NCBI GenBank assembly: GCA_003130875.1
Contig: QEXY01000143.1
Coordinates: 18,338-82,337 of the forward strand
DNA: 64,000 nt
Direction: 5' to 3'
Source of the DNA: Ardenticatenia bacterium
GTDB taxonomy: Bacteria > Chloroflexota > Anaerolineae > 4572-78 > NAK82
In this document: positions 17,565 through 27,395 of the stretch, piece after piece
Numbering within the stretch: position 1 is the stretch's first letter
How the letters are laid out: each line of letters opens with the position of its first letter
Made by a program: the position numbers and the translations under genes
Notes under the pieces: model-generated
The model's input: only the letters and a program-made list of their open reading frames with translations
Database searches by the model: none
What the model was told of the DNA's origin: nothing

Positions 17565-19010
17565 TCACCTGGGCAGCATGTTGGAGTAAATCCACACACC
17601 GCTGTGGAGCCCAGAGGCAGCTATCAATAGAAGAGCATGGCGTGCCAGGGCAACTTTATCCTGTAGCTGATTTCCAGAGGTTGTTGCTTGCCTGGTCCAC
17701 GCATAGCTTGCCAGCAAAGTGTACACGAACGCCGAGGGGGCGAACAGGTCCCAGTCTTTGCGCCCTCCATAATCCGGGTTCCAGACAAATGTCCATGCCA
17801 GATAGGCAACGCTGGCGATGACCAGGAATCCCAGAGTGCTGCGTTCCCACGGGTCTCGATAAAGGGAAGTGACGTTTGATCTATGTCTGGCGCCCACTAC
17901 CAGCCCATACGCCAGCAGAAAAAATCCAAAGGGTGAGATGAGGAAATGCTCGTTCGCCCAGTCGACCAGATGAGCAAGTGAGAACATTGTGTAATGTTGC
18001 CATGGGGTCTTGAGCTCGTAGAGGGGCACAAAGGGGATCCCATCGGCGCCGCCGGGTCGATCGTCGGAGAGGAGCGCTGTCACTCCATGCCCTCCCAGTG
18101 TCATGAAAGAGGCCAGAGCGATAAAGACAACCAAGGGGGGCACAACCAACGCACCCCAGATATGCATGTTGGTCCCTGTCGCACATTTTCGCTCACGTGC
18201 TTTCCACCACGCCATGAAAAACATCGCGGGCCACATCACAATCGTCGAAGGATGAAAGGCGTTCGTGACGGCCAGCACTGTGGAGGGCCACACCAGGCTC
18301 AACTGGCCGCGCAGACAGCGCACGCTCAGGTACAATGTGAGCATCAGCCCGGCGGACATAAGGGTGTAGTTCTCGACGTAGCCGAAGAACAGCTGCATCG
18401 CACCTGTCGTGGTGACCATACCGAAAACGAGCCACTTCTCTAAAGGATCGCGTCCGAGCTGGCCGGCAAGGTGGAGAAGTACATACACAAAAGCGATGCC
18501 GGAGAGCACACTCGTTATAGCGTAGAGCGTATCCACCCCGGTGTCAGAGATAGGGTTGAGCAAAAGCCAAAGGCGTGCGTGTAGAAAGATGGTCAGCGGA
18601 GATTGCCAGTTGTAAATGGTCCAAATGGGGCGATCTTCTCCGGTGTACTCCAACGCTTTTACAATGAAAGCAGCATCGCCCCATCCCAAATGTCGAATGC
18701 GCAGCAGCCAAAACAGGCATCCGCTGAGCAGGGCGATGAGGACAAACCAACAGCGGGGACGGGATTTTGCCGGCAATCGAACCCAGACCGATCGCCCCAA
18801 CCGACGAACCGCGTCGTTTATCGGGGTAATCGTGAGTAGGAGAACACCCAGAGCAGCGCCGAACGCCACCGGCAGCGGCAGTGTGGTGTAAGGCCATACG
18901 CTCCAGGCCGACTCCTCAGGCAGCCAGCCTGCCATAAGATGTAATCCCACTACCCCTAGCGCTGCGAATCGCACAAACCAGCTCATCGCTCTCGGGTGGA
19001 GGGGTGACAC
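17565..19010 (-). CDS. polytopic integral membrane protein, function unknown (possible GT-C-like)
   Basis: 481 aa with more than 10 hydrophobic segments and a loop motif HLGWGDAAF. Lies directly downstream of a PT-linker protein gene on the same strand. Confidence 0.6.
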   Translation of the reverse strand: MSPLHPRAMSWFVRFAALGVVGLHLMAGWLPEESAWSVWPYTTLPLPVAFGAALGVLLLTITPINDAVRRLGRSVWVRLPAKSRPRCWFVLIALLSGCLFWLLRIRHLGWGDAAFIVKALEYTGEDRPIWTIYNWQSPLTIFLHARLWLLLNPISDTGVDTLYAITSVLSGIAFVYVLLHLAGQLGRDPLEKWLVFGMVTTTGAMQLFFGYVENYTLMSAGLMLTLYLSVRCLRGQLSLVWPSTVLAVTNAFHPSTIVMWPAMFFMAWWKARERKCATGTNMHIWGALVVPPLVVFIALASFMTLGGHGVTALLSDDRPGGADGIPFVPLYELKTPWQHYTMFSLAHLVDWANEHFLISPFGFFLLAYGLVVGARHRSNVTSLYRDPWERSTLGFLVIASVAYLAWTFVWNPDYGGRKDWDLFAPSAFVYTLLASYAWTRQATTSGNQLQDKVALARHALLLIAASGLHSGVWIYSNMLPR

Positions 19011-19071
19011 GGCACGCTGTCATACCTCGCGGACCGGGTGAGGATCCCGATGGGAGAAGGCATTCTGTTGG

Positions 19072-20040
19072 CTACCAATTCTTGCGCCATCGTGTGAAGC
19101 AGATGGAGGCAATCTCCCACTCCAAATCGCAATATGCTGTGTCGGACAGAGATGGTGCAGCGGGGTTTTTGGCCTCTTCGTATGTGCTTGCCTGGACGAT
19201 GCGCACTTCCCAGCGGCACATCGATCTGGGATCGAGTGGGCTGCTCAGGATAATATCGAAAGCCCCGGGTTCATAGGGTTCACTGGGTGCGTATAAGTTG
19301 ATACCGGAAGGGTTGGAAGCCAACACAGTATCACCGCACTTCGCTTGCATAAAGACGCCCTGTACCGGTTGTCCGGCGGTATCCACCACCTTGCCTCGGA
19401 TTTGTGCCAGTCCGGCGTTCCATTGTCCTTCAAAGCCGGTGGGCTCAAATTGCCATTGAGGAGTAGGAGGTACCGGCGGCGGAGGAGGCTCAGTGGGTGC
19501 GGGCGGAGGTGGAGGCGGCGGTGCCTCGACGTAGGGAACAGCATCCGTGTTCTGTGCAGTGCTGTACTCCGGATTAGCCGAGATCCATCCCTTTCCATCG
19601 GCCGCCCCGGCATAGGCGATCTGCCACCAGGAGCTGTCCGCATTGCGACCGATGACTTCGACAGTGCTTCCAGGTGTCAACGAACCTATCTGCGGGTAGT
19701 TCACTCCAGGACCTGCTCGCACCCGCAGACCCACACGGACTGTCGCGGAGGGAAGCGCAGGCGTAGGTGTCACAGGGGGGGGCGTCGGAGTCGGGAGCAC
19801 CACCGGTGTGGATGTCGGCACCAGATATTGTGTCGGTGTCGCCGTAGGCGTCGCAGTGGGTGTGGCAGTGGGCGGCTGGACCGGGGTCAAGCGCGCCAGT
19901 ATCGTGAAAGTGGGCATCGGCGTACGTGTCGGGACGGACAATCTGGCACGATGCGTCAGCACAACGGTCGCCAATGAAGCGAAAATGATATAATTGACAA
20001 GCACCAAGACCGCAACCAGTGCCCATTGTCGACGAGTCAC
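19072..20040 (-). CDS. membrane-anchored PT-linker protein with SH3b domain and 4-Cys C-terminal domain
   Basis: N-terminal TM WALVAVLVLVNYIIFASLATVVL, an RTPMPTFT motif, TPTATPTATPT linkers, SH3b (LRVRAGPGVNYPQIGSL...WWQIAY) and a poly-Pro segment. The C-terminal domain is paralogous to the end of 48930-49658. Confidence 0.8.
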   Translation of the reverse strand: MTRRQWALVAVLVLVNYIIFASLATVVLTHRARLSVPTRTPMPTFTILARLTPVQPPTATPTATPTATPTQYLVPTSTPVVLPTPTPPPVTPTPALPSATVRVGLRVRAGPGVNYPQIGSLTPGSTVEVIGRNADSSWWQIAYAGAADGKGWISANPEYSTAQNTDAVPYVEAPPPPPPPAPTEPPPPPVPPTPQWQFEPTGFEGQWNAGLAQIRGKVVDTAGQPVQGVFMQAKCGDTVLASNPSGINLYAPSEPYEPGAFDIILSSPLDPRSMCRWEVRIVQASTYEEAKNPAAPSLSDTAYCDLEWEIASICFTRWRKNW

Positions 20041-20105
20041 GCTAGGTCACCTCCCACATTGCCATCATTGCTTCGGCCTAAAGCTCAAAGAGGTTGGGGA
20101 TTATA

Positions 20106-21635
20106 TCACAAAGTCTCGGGGTTGTCTGAAACAATCCCGTTCACCTCCGTTTCCCAGCATTCACATGCATGGCGCACTTGATCATCCTTCACTACCTTTC
20201 CCTCGTACTCAGCGAGGCCGTTCACGGCGCGCCAGCCGGAAAGCACCAGTGATATCGGGCCATCGGCTGCAATCCATTCTCCGTTATAACGGCGGGCGAT
20301 ATGGAGATGACTGGATTCGGCAGCGCCTCCCTCGCATGAGGGATGCCCGACCCGGCTGCCGCGCGCTAGCTTGGTGCCAGTTGACACCCGGTCCAAAGAA
20401 GCGATGTGTAGGTAAAACAACACCCAGCCGGTCTGCTCATAGCCATCTTCATCCAGGTCAATCCATACCTGACCGTCTTCACTGCGCAACACCAGGCCTG
20501 GTGCCGCGGCTGTCGCCCATTCTTGTGAGATAGCACAATGACCCACGACGTCAGGTGGTGCAAAGTCCAACGCAGCCCATGCACTGCCGCTGAACCATGC
20601 GCCGTGTGGGCCGCCACTGAGATACCATGTGCGCCCCTCTGGCCATGGGAGATAGAGCACGGGCTGTTCCAGGCCTTCCGGAATAAGCGGCTCGATAGCA
20701 TATCGACGTGGATCGCCAAAAAGCGTCTCATATGTGCGCAAAAATCCTGAATAGTCCACCGCCTTCTGCCAATCTTCCCATCCATTGGTCAGCGCCAGCA
20801 CGTTCTGGATGCCCACCGTTCCGGCGTTGAGTCCCTGCGCAGCCAGGACACGCTTGCGATCTAGCAAGCGAAAGGCAAACGTGCCATCGCGCTTGTATGT
20901 ATAATAACCTTCGTTGATACGGTTGGCGGCCCAACCCAGTTGGAAGTATAGCCCGGACTGACCGCCGTGTCCGTGGCTGAGAGGGAAATTCAACTTCTGC
21001 TGGCTATTCGGCTCGCCGGTCACCCAACTGCTCTGATACTCCAGCAATGTCAACAGCACACGAGGGCCTACGCCGAACGTCTGGGCGATCAGCTGCACGA
21101 GTTCGGCACCTGTGCGAACCTGCCCATTGACGCGTTCCGAATAGCGTGCCAGATAGCCCCCTTGTTTTTTTACGAAGCTGGCGATGTCGAAGTTCCGATA
21201 GGCCGGGCCATACACCACTTCACTGTCCGGCAGCAATTGCAGCATAGGCCCCGTGTATTTCGTCCTCACCGGGATGCGCAATCTTTGTCCAACTTGCAAA
21301 AGAGTCGCGTCGCTGATCTGGTTGAGCGCCATGAGCTCTTCGACATCGCAGCCGCACCGCTCATACGCGATCGCGCTCAACGTATCCCCTGGCTGGACCA
21401 CATACAAATCGATCGGCGGACCGGAGGGGGTGGGAATAGGCACGCCGGAACCCTGCTGCGTGGCTTCTACACCCCTGGGACGGGGTGATTCAGTGGATTG
21501 GCTCGTCGACCGCGGAGAAGAGGATACAGACGACTGTGAGGAGGTCGGTGAGATCGCAGGCTGCATATCGGGCAAGCGGCCACAGGCCGTCAGCCATAGT
21601 GCGAATAACGCGATTGGTCCCCACTTTTTCAGCAC
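20106..21635 (-). CDS. LysM-domain M23 family metallopeptidase lipoprotein
   Basis: Lipobox LTAC; LysM (YVVQPGDTLSAIA...GQRLRIP); C-terminal M23 core with SSHLHIA. Confidence 0.85.
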   Translation of the reverse strand: MLKKWGPIALFALWLTACGRLPDMQPAISPTSSQSSVSSSPRSTSQSTESPRPRGVEATQQGSGVPIPTPSGPPIDLYVVQPGDTLSAIAYERCGCDVEELMALNQISDATLLQVGQRLRIPVRTKYTGPMLQLLPDSEVVYGPAYRNFDIASFVKKQGGYLARYSERVNGQVRTGAELVQLIAQTFGVGPRVLLTLLEYQSSWVTGEPNSQQKLNFPLSHGHGGQSGLYFQLGWAANRINEGYYTYKRDGTFAFRLLDRKRVLAAQGLNAGTVGIQNVLALTNGWEDWQKAVDYSGFLRTYETLFGDPRRYAIEPLIPEGLEQPVLYLPWPEGRTWYLSGGPHGAWFSGSAWAALDFAPPDVVGHCAISQEWATAAAPGLVLRSEDGQVWIDLDEDGYEQTGWVLFYLHIASLDRVSTGTKLARGSRVGHPSCEGGAAESSHLHIARRYNGEWIAADGPISLVLSGWRAVNGLAEYEGKVVKDDQVRHACECWETEVNGIVSDNPETL

Positions 21636-21767
21636 AAGAGCTTCCGTTTGGGCTAGAATGTGTCTGCTTGCTCTCAGGCGCAGTCGGCTATGCCTGATGC
21701 GGTGCTCATTGTAATATCAGGTTACAAGGTGTCAAGGTTATACTTCACCGCAAAACGGTTGCCTTTT

Positions 21768-21857
21768 GAGGGTGTTGAAAAAGTCCCTTGACCGCTCAGA
21801 TTTTCATAGGAAAATGGGCCAATAAAGCGGGTAACTAAAGAGTTTTTCAACACCCTC
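21768..21857. repeat. MITE-like element, copy 1 (~88 bp, terminal inverted repeats AGGGTGTTGAAAAA)
   Basis: Near-identical to 34828-34915 and, in reverse orientation, to 54280-54365. Flanked by CCTTTTG on both sides. Intergenic, between divergent genes. Confidence 0.8.
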
Positions 21858-21938
21858 CTTTTGACATTTTATCTGGAATATGGCATGTTTCACATACACG
21901 GGTGACAAGTGACCGGGTGATCCAAGAGGGAGAACACA

Positions 21939-23315
21939 ATGGATACGGTAACGCTGGCACGTCTGCAGTTCGGTATCACAACCGTCTATCACTTCTTTTT
22001 TGTTCCCCTGACGTTGGGGCTCCCCATCTTAGTAGCGATCATAGAAACCATCTATGTGCGTACCGGCAAAGAAGTTTACAAACGCATGACAAAGTTCTGG
22101 GGCAAATTGCTCCTCATCAATTTTGCCCTGGGCGTGGTCACCGGTATCGTGCTGGAATTCCAGTTTGGCATGAACTGGTCGGAGTATGCCCGTTTCATGG
22201 GCGATATCTTCGGGGTGCCTCTGGCAACTGAGGCTTTGAGCTCGTTTTTCCTGGAGTCGACCTTCTTGGGCGTTTGGATTTTCGGTTGGAATAAGCTGCC
22301 CAAAGCATTGCACGCCGCGACGATGTGGCTGGTGGCACTTGGCTCCAATCTTTCGGGTCTATGGATTCTGATCGCCAACTCGTTTATGCAGCAGCCTGTG
22401 GGTTATGCCATCGTCGACGGTCGGGCGCAGTTGACAGATTTCGGGGCTCTGATCACCAATCCCAATATCATCACCCAGTATCCTCACGTCCTCACCTCAG
22501 GGGTTGTGACGGCGTCCTTCTTCATTATGGGTATCAGCGCTTATCACCTACTCAAGCGAAACGACGATCGAGAAGCCTTTCAGCGCTCTTTTCGCATCGG
22601 GGCGATCGCTGCCATCATCGGAAGCGTGTTGGTCATTCTGGTCGGCCATGCCCAGACTCAGCACATCGCGCAGAGCCAGCCAATGAAGCTGGCCGCACTC
22701 GAAGCGCTCGTTCGCAGCGAGGATCCTGCTTCCTTCTCCCTGTTCAGTGTTGTGCACCAGGATGAGAGTCGAGTCTCAGAGCTGGTTGCGATTCGCATCC
22801 CGGCCGTGCTGAGCTTTTTGACCTACAATCGCTTCAGTGGAGAAGTAAAGGGTATCGAAGACCTCCAGGCAGATTACGTGGCTCGTTTGGGTCCTGATAA
22901 CTACGTGCCTCCAGTTATGCTGAGCTACTTCACCTTCCGGATTATGGTGGGTGCTGGCTTTCTGTTGGCTCTCCTGGCATTTATTGCGGTGGTTCTGGTG
23001 TGGCGTGGAATTTTTGAGCGCGCTCCACTCTTCCTCCGGGTGCTGATCCCGGCCATCGGACTGCCTTATATCGCGAACACCGCTGGTTGGCTGCTCACCG
23101 AAATGGGGCGCCAGCCATGGATCGTCTATGGCTTGCAGAAGACCAAGGACGCGATATCACCGGCTGTCACGCCAGGCATGTTGGTCTTCTCGCTTCTGCT
23201 CTTCACCCTGGTCTATGGTGGATTGATGATCGCGGATATCTACTTGTTGATGCGATTTGCCAGACAAGGCACCACGGAACATGAGCAGCCGGAATCAGCT
23301 GCCCTGGCTTATTGA
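21939..23315 (+). CDS. cydA: cytochrome bd ubiquinol oxidase subunit I
   Basis: N-terminus LARLQFGITTVYHFFFVPLTLG, a Q-loop region, and GWLLTEMGRQPW. Confidence 0.93.
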   Translation: MDTVTLARLQFGITTVYHFFFVPLTLGLPILVAIIETIYVRTGKEVYKRMTKFWGKLLLINFALGVVTGIVLEFQFGMNWSEYARFMGDIFGVPLATEALSSFFLESTFLGVWIFGWNKLPKALHAATMWLVALGSNLSGLWILIANSFMQQPVGYAIVDGRAQLTDFGALITNPNIITQYPHVLTSGVVTASFFIMGISAYHLLKRNDDREAFQRSFRIGAIAAIIGSVLVILVGHAQTQHIAQSQPMKLAALEALVRSEDPASFSLFSVVHQDESRVSELVAIRIPAVLSFLTYNRFSGEVKGIEDLQADYVARLGPDNYVPPVMLSYFTFRIMVGAGFLLALLAFIAVVLVWRGIFERAPLFLRVLIPAIGLPYIANTAGWLLTEMGRQPWIVYGLQKTKDAISPAVTPGMLVFSLLLFTLVYGGLMIADIYLLMRFARQGTTEHEQPESAALAY

Positions 23316-23337
23316 TGGGTTGAGGAGGCAGAGAAAG

Positions 23338-24351
23338 ATGGATCTGAATACATTGTGGTTCATCCTGATCGGGGTGCTCTTCGCCGGTTTCTTCTTTCTC
23401 GAGGGCTTTGATTACGGAGTGGGCATGCTGTTGCCCTTCCTTGGCAAAGACGACAGGACACGCCGGGTGCTCATCAATACGGTTGGACCGCACTGGGATG
23501 GCAACGAAGTGTGGTTGATCACCGCAGGAGGGGCACTGTTCGCTGCGTTTCCGCACTGGTATGCCACGATGTTTAGTGGATTCTACATAGCGTTTGTGCT
23601 GGTGTTGCTGGCCCTGATTGTGCGAGGTGTTGCATTTGAGTTTCGCAGCAAGCTGGAGAGTCCGCGTTGGCGCGGCGTTTGGGATTGGATGCTCTTTGCA
23701 GGCAGCTTATTGCCTTCGCTCCTGTTGCCGGTGGCTCTCTTTAATCTGTTGCGTGGGGTGCCGATCGATGCCAAGATGACCTACCAGGGCAGCCTGATCA
23801 CCCTCCTCAATTTGCCGGCGTTGCTATGGGGCCTGGCGGGTGTTCTCGGATTTCTTTTTCACGGGGCCATTTTCCTTTCCTTGAAGACGGGTGGAGAGAT
23901 TGCGGCACAAGCACGCACCACGGCAAGACGACTGTGGACGCCTGCGTTTGTCGTGTTGTTAGTGGCGTTGGCTGCTGGTGTCCTCACGACGGACGTGACG
24001 ACACGATGGCCGGCGGCGTTGTTCCTGCTGCCGTTGCTGGCGGTTGTCGCACTAGGGATTTCGGGATTGTCGCTCCAGAAGGGGCATCCCAGCATCGCCT
24101 TTGTCACAGTTGGAATTACCATCCTCCTGGTGGTGAGCTCTCTATTCCTCGGATTATATCCCCGCGTGATGGTCTCCAGCCTTAACCCAGACTGGAGTCT
24201 GACCATCTACACGGCATCGTCCAGCACCTACACGCTCAGGATTATGAGCTACATTGCGCTGGCTTTGGTGCCGGTGGTGCTGCTCTATCAGGCGTGGTCC
24301 TACTGGGTCTTCCGTCAGCGGTTGGTGCGCGAGTCGTCGCTGGAATACTGA
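23338..24351 (+). CDS. cydB: cytochrome bd ubiquinol oxidase subunit II
   Basis: MDLNTLWFILIGVLFAGFFFLEGFDYGVGML...GPHWDGNEVWL. Start chosen after the RBS GAGGAGG; the longer start in the track overlaps cydA. Confidence 0.92.
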   Translation: MDLNTLWFILIGVLFAGFFFLEGFDYGVGMLLPFLGKDDRTRRVLINTVGPHWDGNEVWLITAGGALFAAFPHWYATMFSGFYIAFVLVLLALIVRGVAFEFRSKLESPRWRGVWDWMLFAGSLLPSLLLPVALFNLLRGVPIDAKMTYQGSLITLLNLPALLWGLAGVLGFLFHGAIFLSLKTGGEIAAQARTTARRLWTPAFVVLLVALAAGVLTTDVTTRWPAALFLLPLLAVVALGISGLSLQKGHPSIAFVTVGITILLVVSSLFLGLYPRVMVSSLNPDWSLTIYTASSSTYTLRIMSYIALALVPVVLLYQAWSYWVFRQRLVRESSLEY

Positions 24352-26885
24352 ACTCCGCGTTCCAGAAGGCAACGCACTCGGAGAACCAGCTCGGAGGGAC
24401 GGAAGGGTTTGAGGATGTAGGCGACGTCAGCAGGGGCATTTTGCTCCTTCTCCTGGAGATCGTCCGCGTAAGTGGTCATGTAGAGCACCTTCATACCAGG
24501 ACAGGTTGCGAGCAGGGCTTCGATCGCGCGACCGCTGTCCGCACCGGACAAGGGCACATCGGATGGTTGGCTGGTGAGCAATAGATCGATCTCGCCGCTA
24601 TACTGCATAGCCAGCGCAAGTGCCTCCTGCTTACTCGCTGCCGCGAGTGTCTGATATCCCTCCTGGTCCAGGATTGCCTGCACGAGTTGTCTCACCCCTT
24701 CGTGTTCTTCGAACACCAAAATCGTTCCAAGACGGAGAGGTTGACCTGCCTCGGATGCTCTCGGGCGTCTATCCTGGATACTAGCTTCCTCGACGGCCGG
24801 TAGATAAATATACACTTTTGTGCCTGTGCCAGGAGAGCTTTCGATGGTGATGTCGCCTCCATTCTGTTTGACAATGCCGAACACTGCTGCGAGGCCCAGC
24901 CCGGTGCCTTGGCCCACCTCCTTGGTGGTGAAGAATGGCTCAAAGAGGTGCTGCTTCACATAGTCATTCATTCCAATGCCGGTATCTTCGACCGTCAGGA
25001 GTACATATCGTCCAGATTCTAAGTCAAGACGCCGTGCCGGAGACACCTTATCATCAAGTATGACATTGGCAGTGCGTATGGTGAGGGTACCACCCTCTGG
25101 CATAGCGTCGCGTGCATTGAACACCAGGTTGAGCACGATTTGCTCGACCTGGGCGGGGTCGATCTTGACCATCCATAGGGCGGGTTCAAAATCGGTGACC
25201 AGCGCGATGTTGTGGCGTAGTGCCATGCGCACCACTGACATCAAGCTGTCTAACATCTGATTGAGATCCAGTATCCGGGGTACTATAACCTGTTTGCGCC
25301 CGAAAGCGAGCAATTGATTGACCAGTCGTGCGGCGCGCTGACCTGAGCTCAGGATGCGCTCAACTTTGCTGCGGCGTGGGTCGTCCGACGCCAGCTCCAT
25401 CTGGAGTAACTCGGCGAAGCCGTTGATGCTTGTCAGCAGGTTATTGAATTCGTGAGCAATGCCGGCAGTTAGCTGGCCGATGGCATTGAGCTTCTGGGTC
25501 TCCATTGCGCGGGCAAGCAGCTTGCGATGCACTTCTTCTGTCTGCTTGCGTTCCGTGATGTCCAAATGGGTGCCACAGATGCGCAAAGGCTTTCCATCTC
25601 GGTCCCATTCGACCACCTTGCCTCGATCGAGAATCCATTTCCAGTTCCCATCGCGGGTGCGCATCCGATATTCGGTGTCCACGAGCGGGAAATCTGCGCT
25701 CATCTGCCTTTGCAGGGCTTCCATCTCTTGAGGACGATCCTCGGGATGGACCAAATCCACCCAGGTCTGAATCGTGAACGGTTGCAGCTCCTCGAGGGTA
25801 TAGCCCAGCATTTCAGCATATTGTGCGTTGATCACCACCTCCCCGCTGCGCAAGTTCCAGTCGTACATACCCAAATTGGCGCCGCGCAATGCCAGCTCAA
25901 GCCGCTCCTCATTGCGTCGTAATGCCTCTTCGGCCTCGTGTCGTCGACGATTCAGCAACGCTTGTGCCACTTGATCTGCTACCTCACCTGCGAAGACAAT
26001 TTCGTCTTCATGCCAGCGGCGCGCAGGCCCCACGTGTTCATGACACACAATGCCGACGACCTGGCCCCCTAGGCGCACAGGAGCATCCAACAATGAGGTG
26101 ATGCCCAAGGGGATGAGATAATCATCGGAGAATGCGTCGGTTCGGGTATCTGTCAAGACATTGTGTGCGTCGATGACGCGTGCGGCGTAAATCGCCTCAA
26201 AGTATTTGGGGTAACGCTCCGCTTGTAAAACCATTCCACTTGAATGACGGCCTGAGGAACGTTCGAACAGGCTGACACAGCGCAATTCCCGCGGGTTCTC
26301 CAATGACCATATACTGCAGCGCTCAACCTCTATAGTCTCGGCCGCCAGCTCGGTGATGATGCGGCAAGCCGCCTCGAAGTCGCCCGAGACGACCGTTGGA
26401 TGGGTTGCCAGAGTGACGAGTGTATGTTGCTGACGTTCCAAGCGTGCCAGCTGGGCTTGGCGCGCTTCCTCTTCGCGTTTGCGCGCTGTAATATTTCTGC
26501 CGATACCGATCAAACCGACGATGAGGCCACGGCGGTCATGGATTGGCACTTGAGTCGTGGAGATCCAGCACATCTCTCCGGAAGCAGGGCACGGAAGCAA
26601 TTCCTCGTAGTCGACCATAGGACGGCCATTCCGAACGACACTTTGCTCATCTGCTATCAGACGGTCCGCTATTTCAGGCGGATAGAATGCATGGTCTGTC
26701 TTGCCCACTACAGCGGCTGGATCGGATGCGCCGAGAAAAAGCGCCATCGCACGATTAACCGCCACATAGCGATTTTCTGGATCTTTCACGTAGATCAAGT
26801 CGGGAAGGGCATCAATCAATAGCTGCCATACGGCGTGTCGCACCAGGAAGTGTTCTTCCATCGTTTGTGCTGGCGAGTTTTCCAT
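24315..26885 (-). CDS. PAS/GAF/PAS sensor histidine kinase with C-terminal receiver-like domain
   Basis: 856 aa. H-box IAHEFNNLLTSI; ATPase G-boxes (TGIGM, GTGLGLA). The C-terminal REC-like fold has noncanonical acidic-pocket residues. Its 3' end overlaps cydB by 37 nt (convergent). Confidence 0.88.
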   Translation of the reverse strand: MENSPAQTMEEHFLVRHAVWQLLIDALPDLIYVKDPENRYVAVNRAMALFLGASDPAAVVGKTDHAFYPPEIADRLIADEQSVVRNGRPMVDYEELLPCPASGEMCWISTTQVPIHDRRGLIVGLIGIGRNITARKREEEARQAQLARLERQQHTLVTLATHPTVVSGDFEAACRIITELAAETIEVERCSIWSLENPRELRCVSLFERSSGRHSSGMVLQAERYPKYFEAIYAARVIDAHNVLTDTRTDAFSDDYLIPLGITSLLDAPVRLGGQVVGIVCHEHVGPARRWHEDEIVFAGEVADQVAQALLNRRRHEAEEALRRNEERLELALRGANLGMYDWNLRSGEVVINAQYAEMLGYTLEELQPFTIQTWVDLVHPEDRPQEMEALQRQMSADFPLVDTEYRMRTRDGNWKWILDRGKVVEWDRDGKPLRICGTHLDITERKQTEEVHRKLLARAMETQKLNAIGQLTAGIAHEFNNLLTSINGFAELLQMELASDDPRRSKVERILSSGQRAARLVNQLLAFGRKQVIVPRILDLNQMLDSLMSVVRMALRHNIALVTDFEPALWMVKIDPAQVEQIVLNLVFNARDAMPEGGTLTIRTANVILDDKVSPARRLDLESGRYVLLTVEDTGIGMNDYVKQHLFEPFFTTKEVGQGTGLGLAAVFGIVKQNGGDITIESSPGTGTKVYIYLPAVEEASIQDRRPRASEAGQPLRLGTILVFEEHEGVRQLVQAILDQEGYQTLAAASKQEALALAMQYSGEIDLLLTSQPSDVPLSGADSGRAIEALLATCPGMKVLYMTTYADDLQEKEQNAPADVAYILKPFRPSELVLRVRCLLERGVQYSSDDSRTNR

Positions 26886-26935
26886 CGCTGAGACAATCTC
26901 CTGATGAATTCCCTGCCTTATTGGGTATTCAGCTC

Positions 26936-26964
26936 TTGACTCTTTACATAAATTGTGTTATACT
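26936..26964 (+). promoter_or_regulatory. near-consensus sigma70-type promoter (TTGACT-17-TATACT with TGn extended -10)
   Basis: TTGACT at 26936-26941 and TATACT at 26959-26964, about 430 nt upstream of the first cohesin gene. Confidence 0.5.
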
Positions 26965-27395
26965 AAGTATGTACAGTCTTTGCCCATAGTCCCTTTCATT
27001 ACCACATAGGCGCGTTGGGCGCGTACAGCGTCGCTGTAAGTTGTTGGCCCTCCACATAAGGATCACCCGGGGTGCACTTTCACAATATTAAGAAGGGGTT
27101 TGATGGCATTACCACTGGGTATTGCTCCGCCAAAGTGTTTGGGAGCATCGCGCTTCTCTTCGTCTTCGAGTTTCGAGAGAGAAGCACATTCATTGATTGA
27201 AGCCGTTGTCGAAGCATTTGCTATGGGTTGTTTCCGGATAGAGCGACTTTGTTCGCGTTAAAGGAACAACCCGAGAAACGACCGCGTCGTCATAATTATA
27301 CCATGAAATGTGGTGATTGAGGTGCAATTGTGGTCTTCTTCTAGAAAACTCATGTGGAGAACAAGGGGTATCGCAATAACATCAGGAGGTTGACC

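Noticed and set aside
21861-21890. TTGACA immediately after MITE copy 1 as a cydA promoter
   Set aside because: No acceptable -10 hexamer lies at 16-18 nt; the best is CATGTT. It is left as a remark only.
24315-24351. 37-nt overlap of convergent cydB and kinase 3' ends
   Set aside because: This is probably ordinary compact gene packing. No hairpin or other feature is apparent in the overlap.
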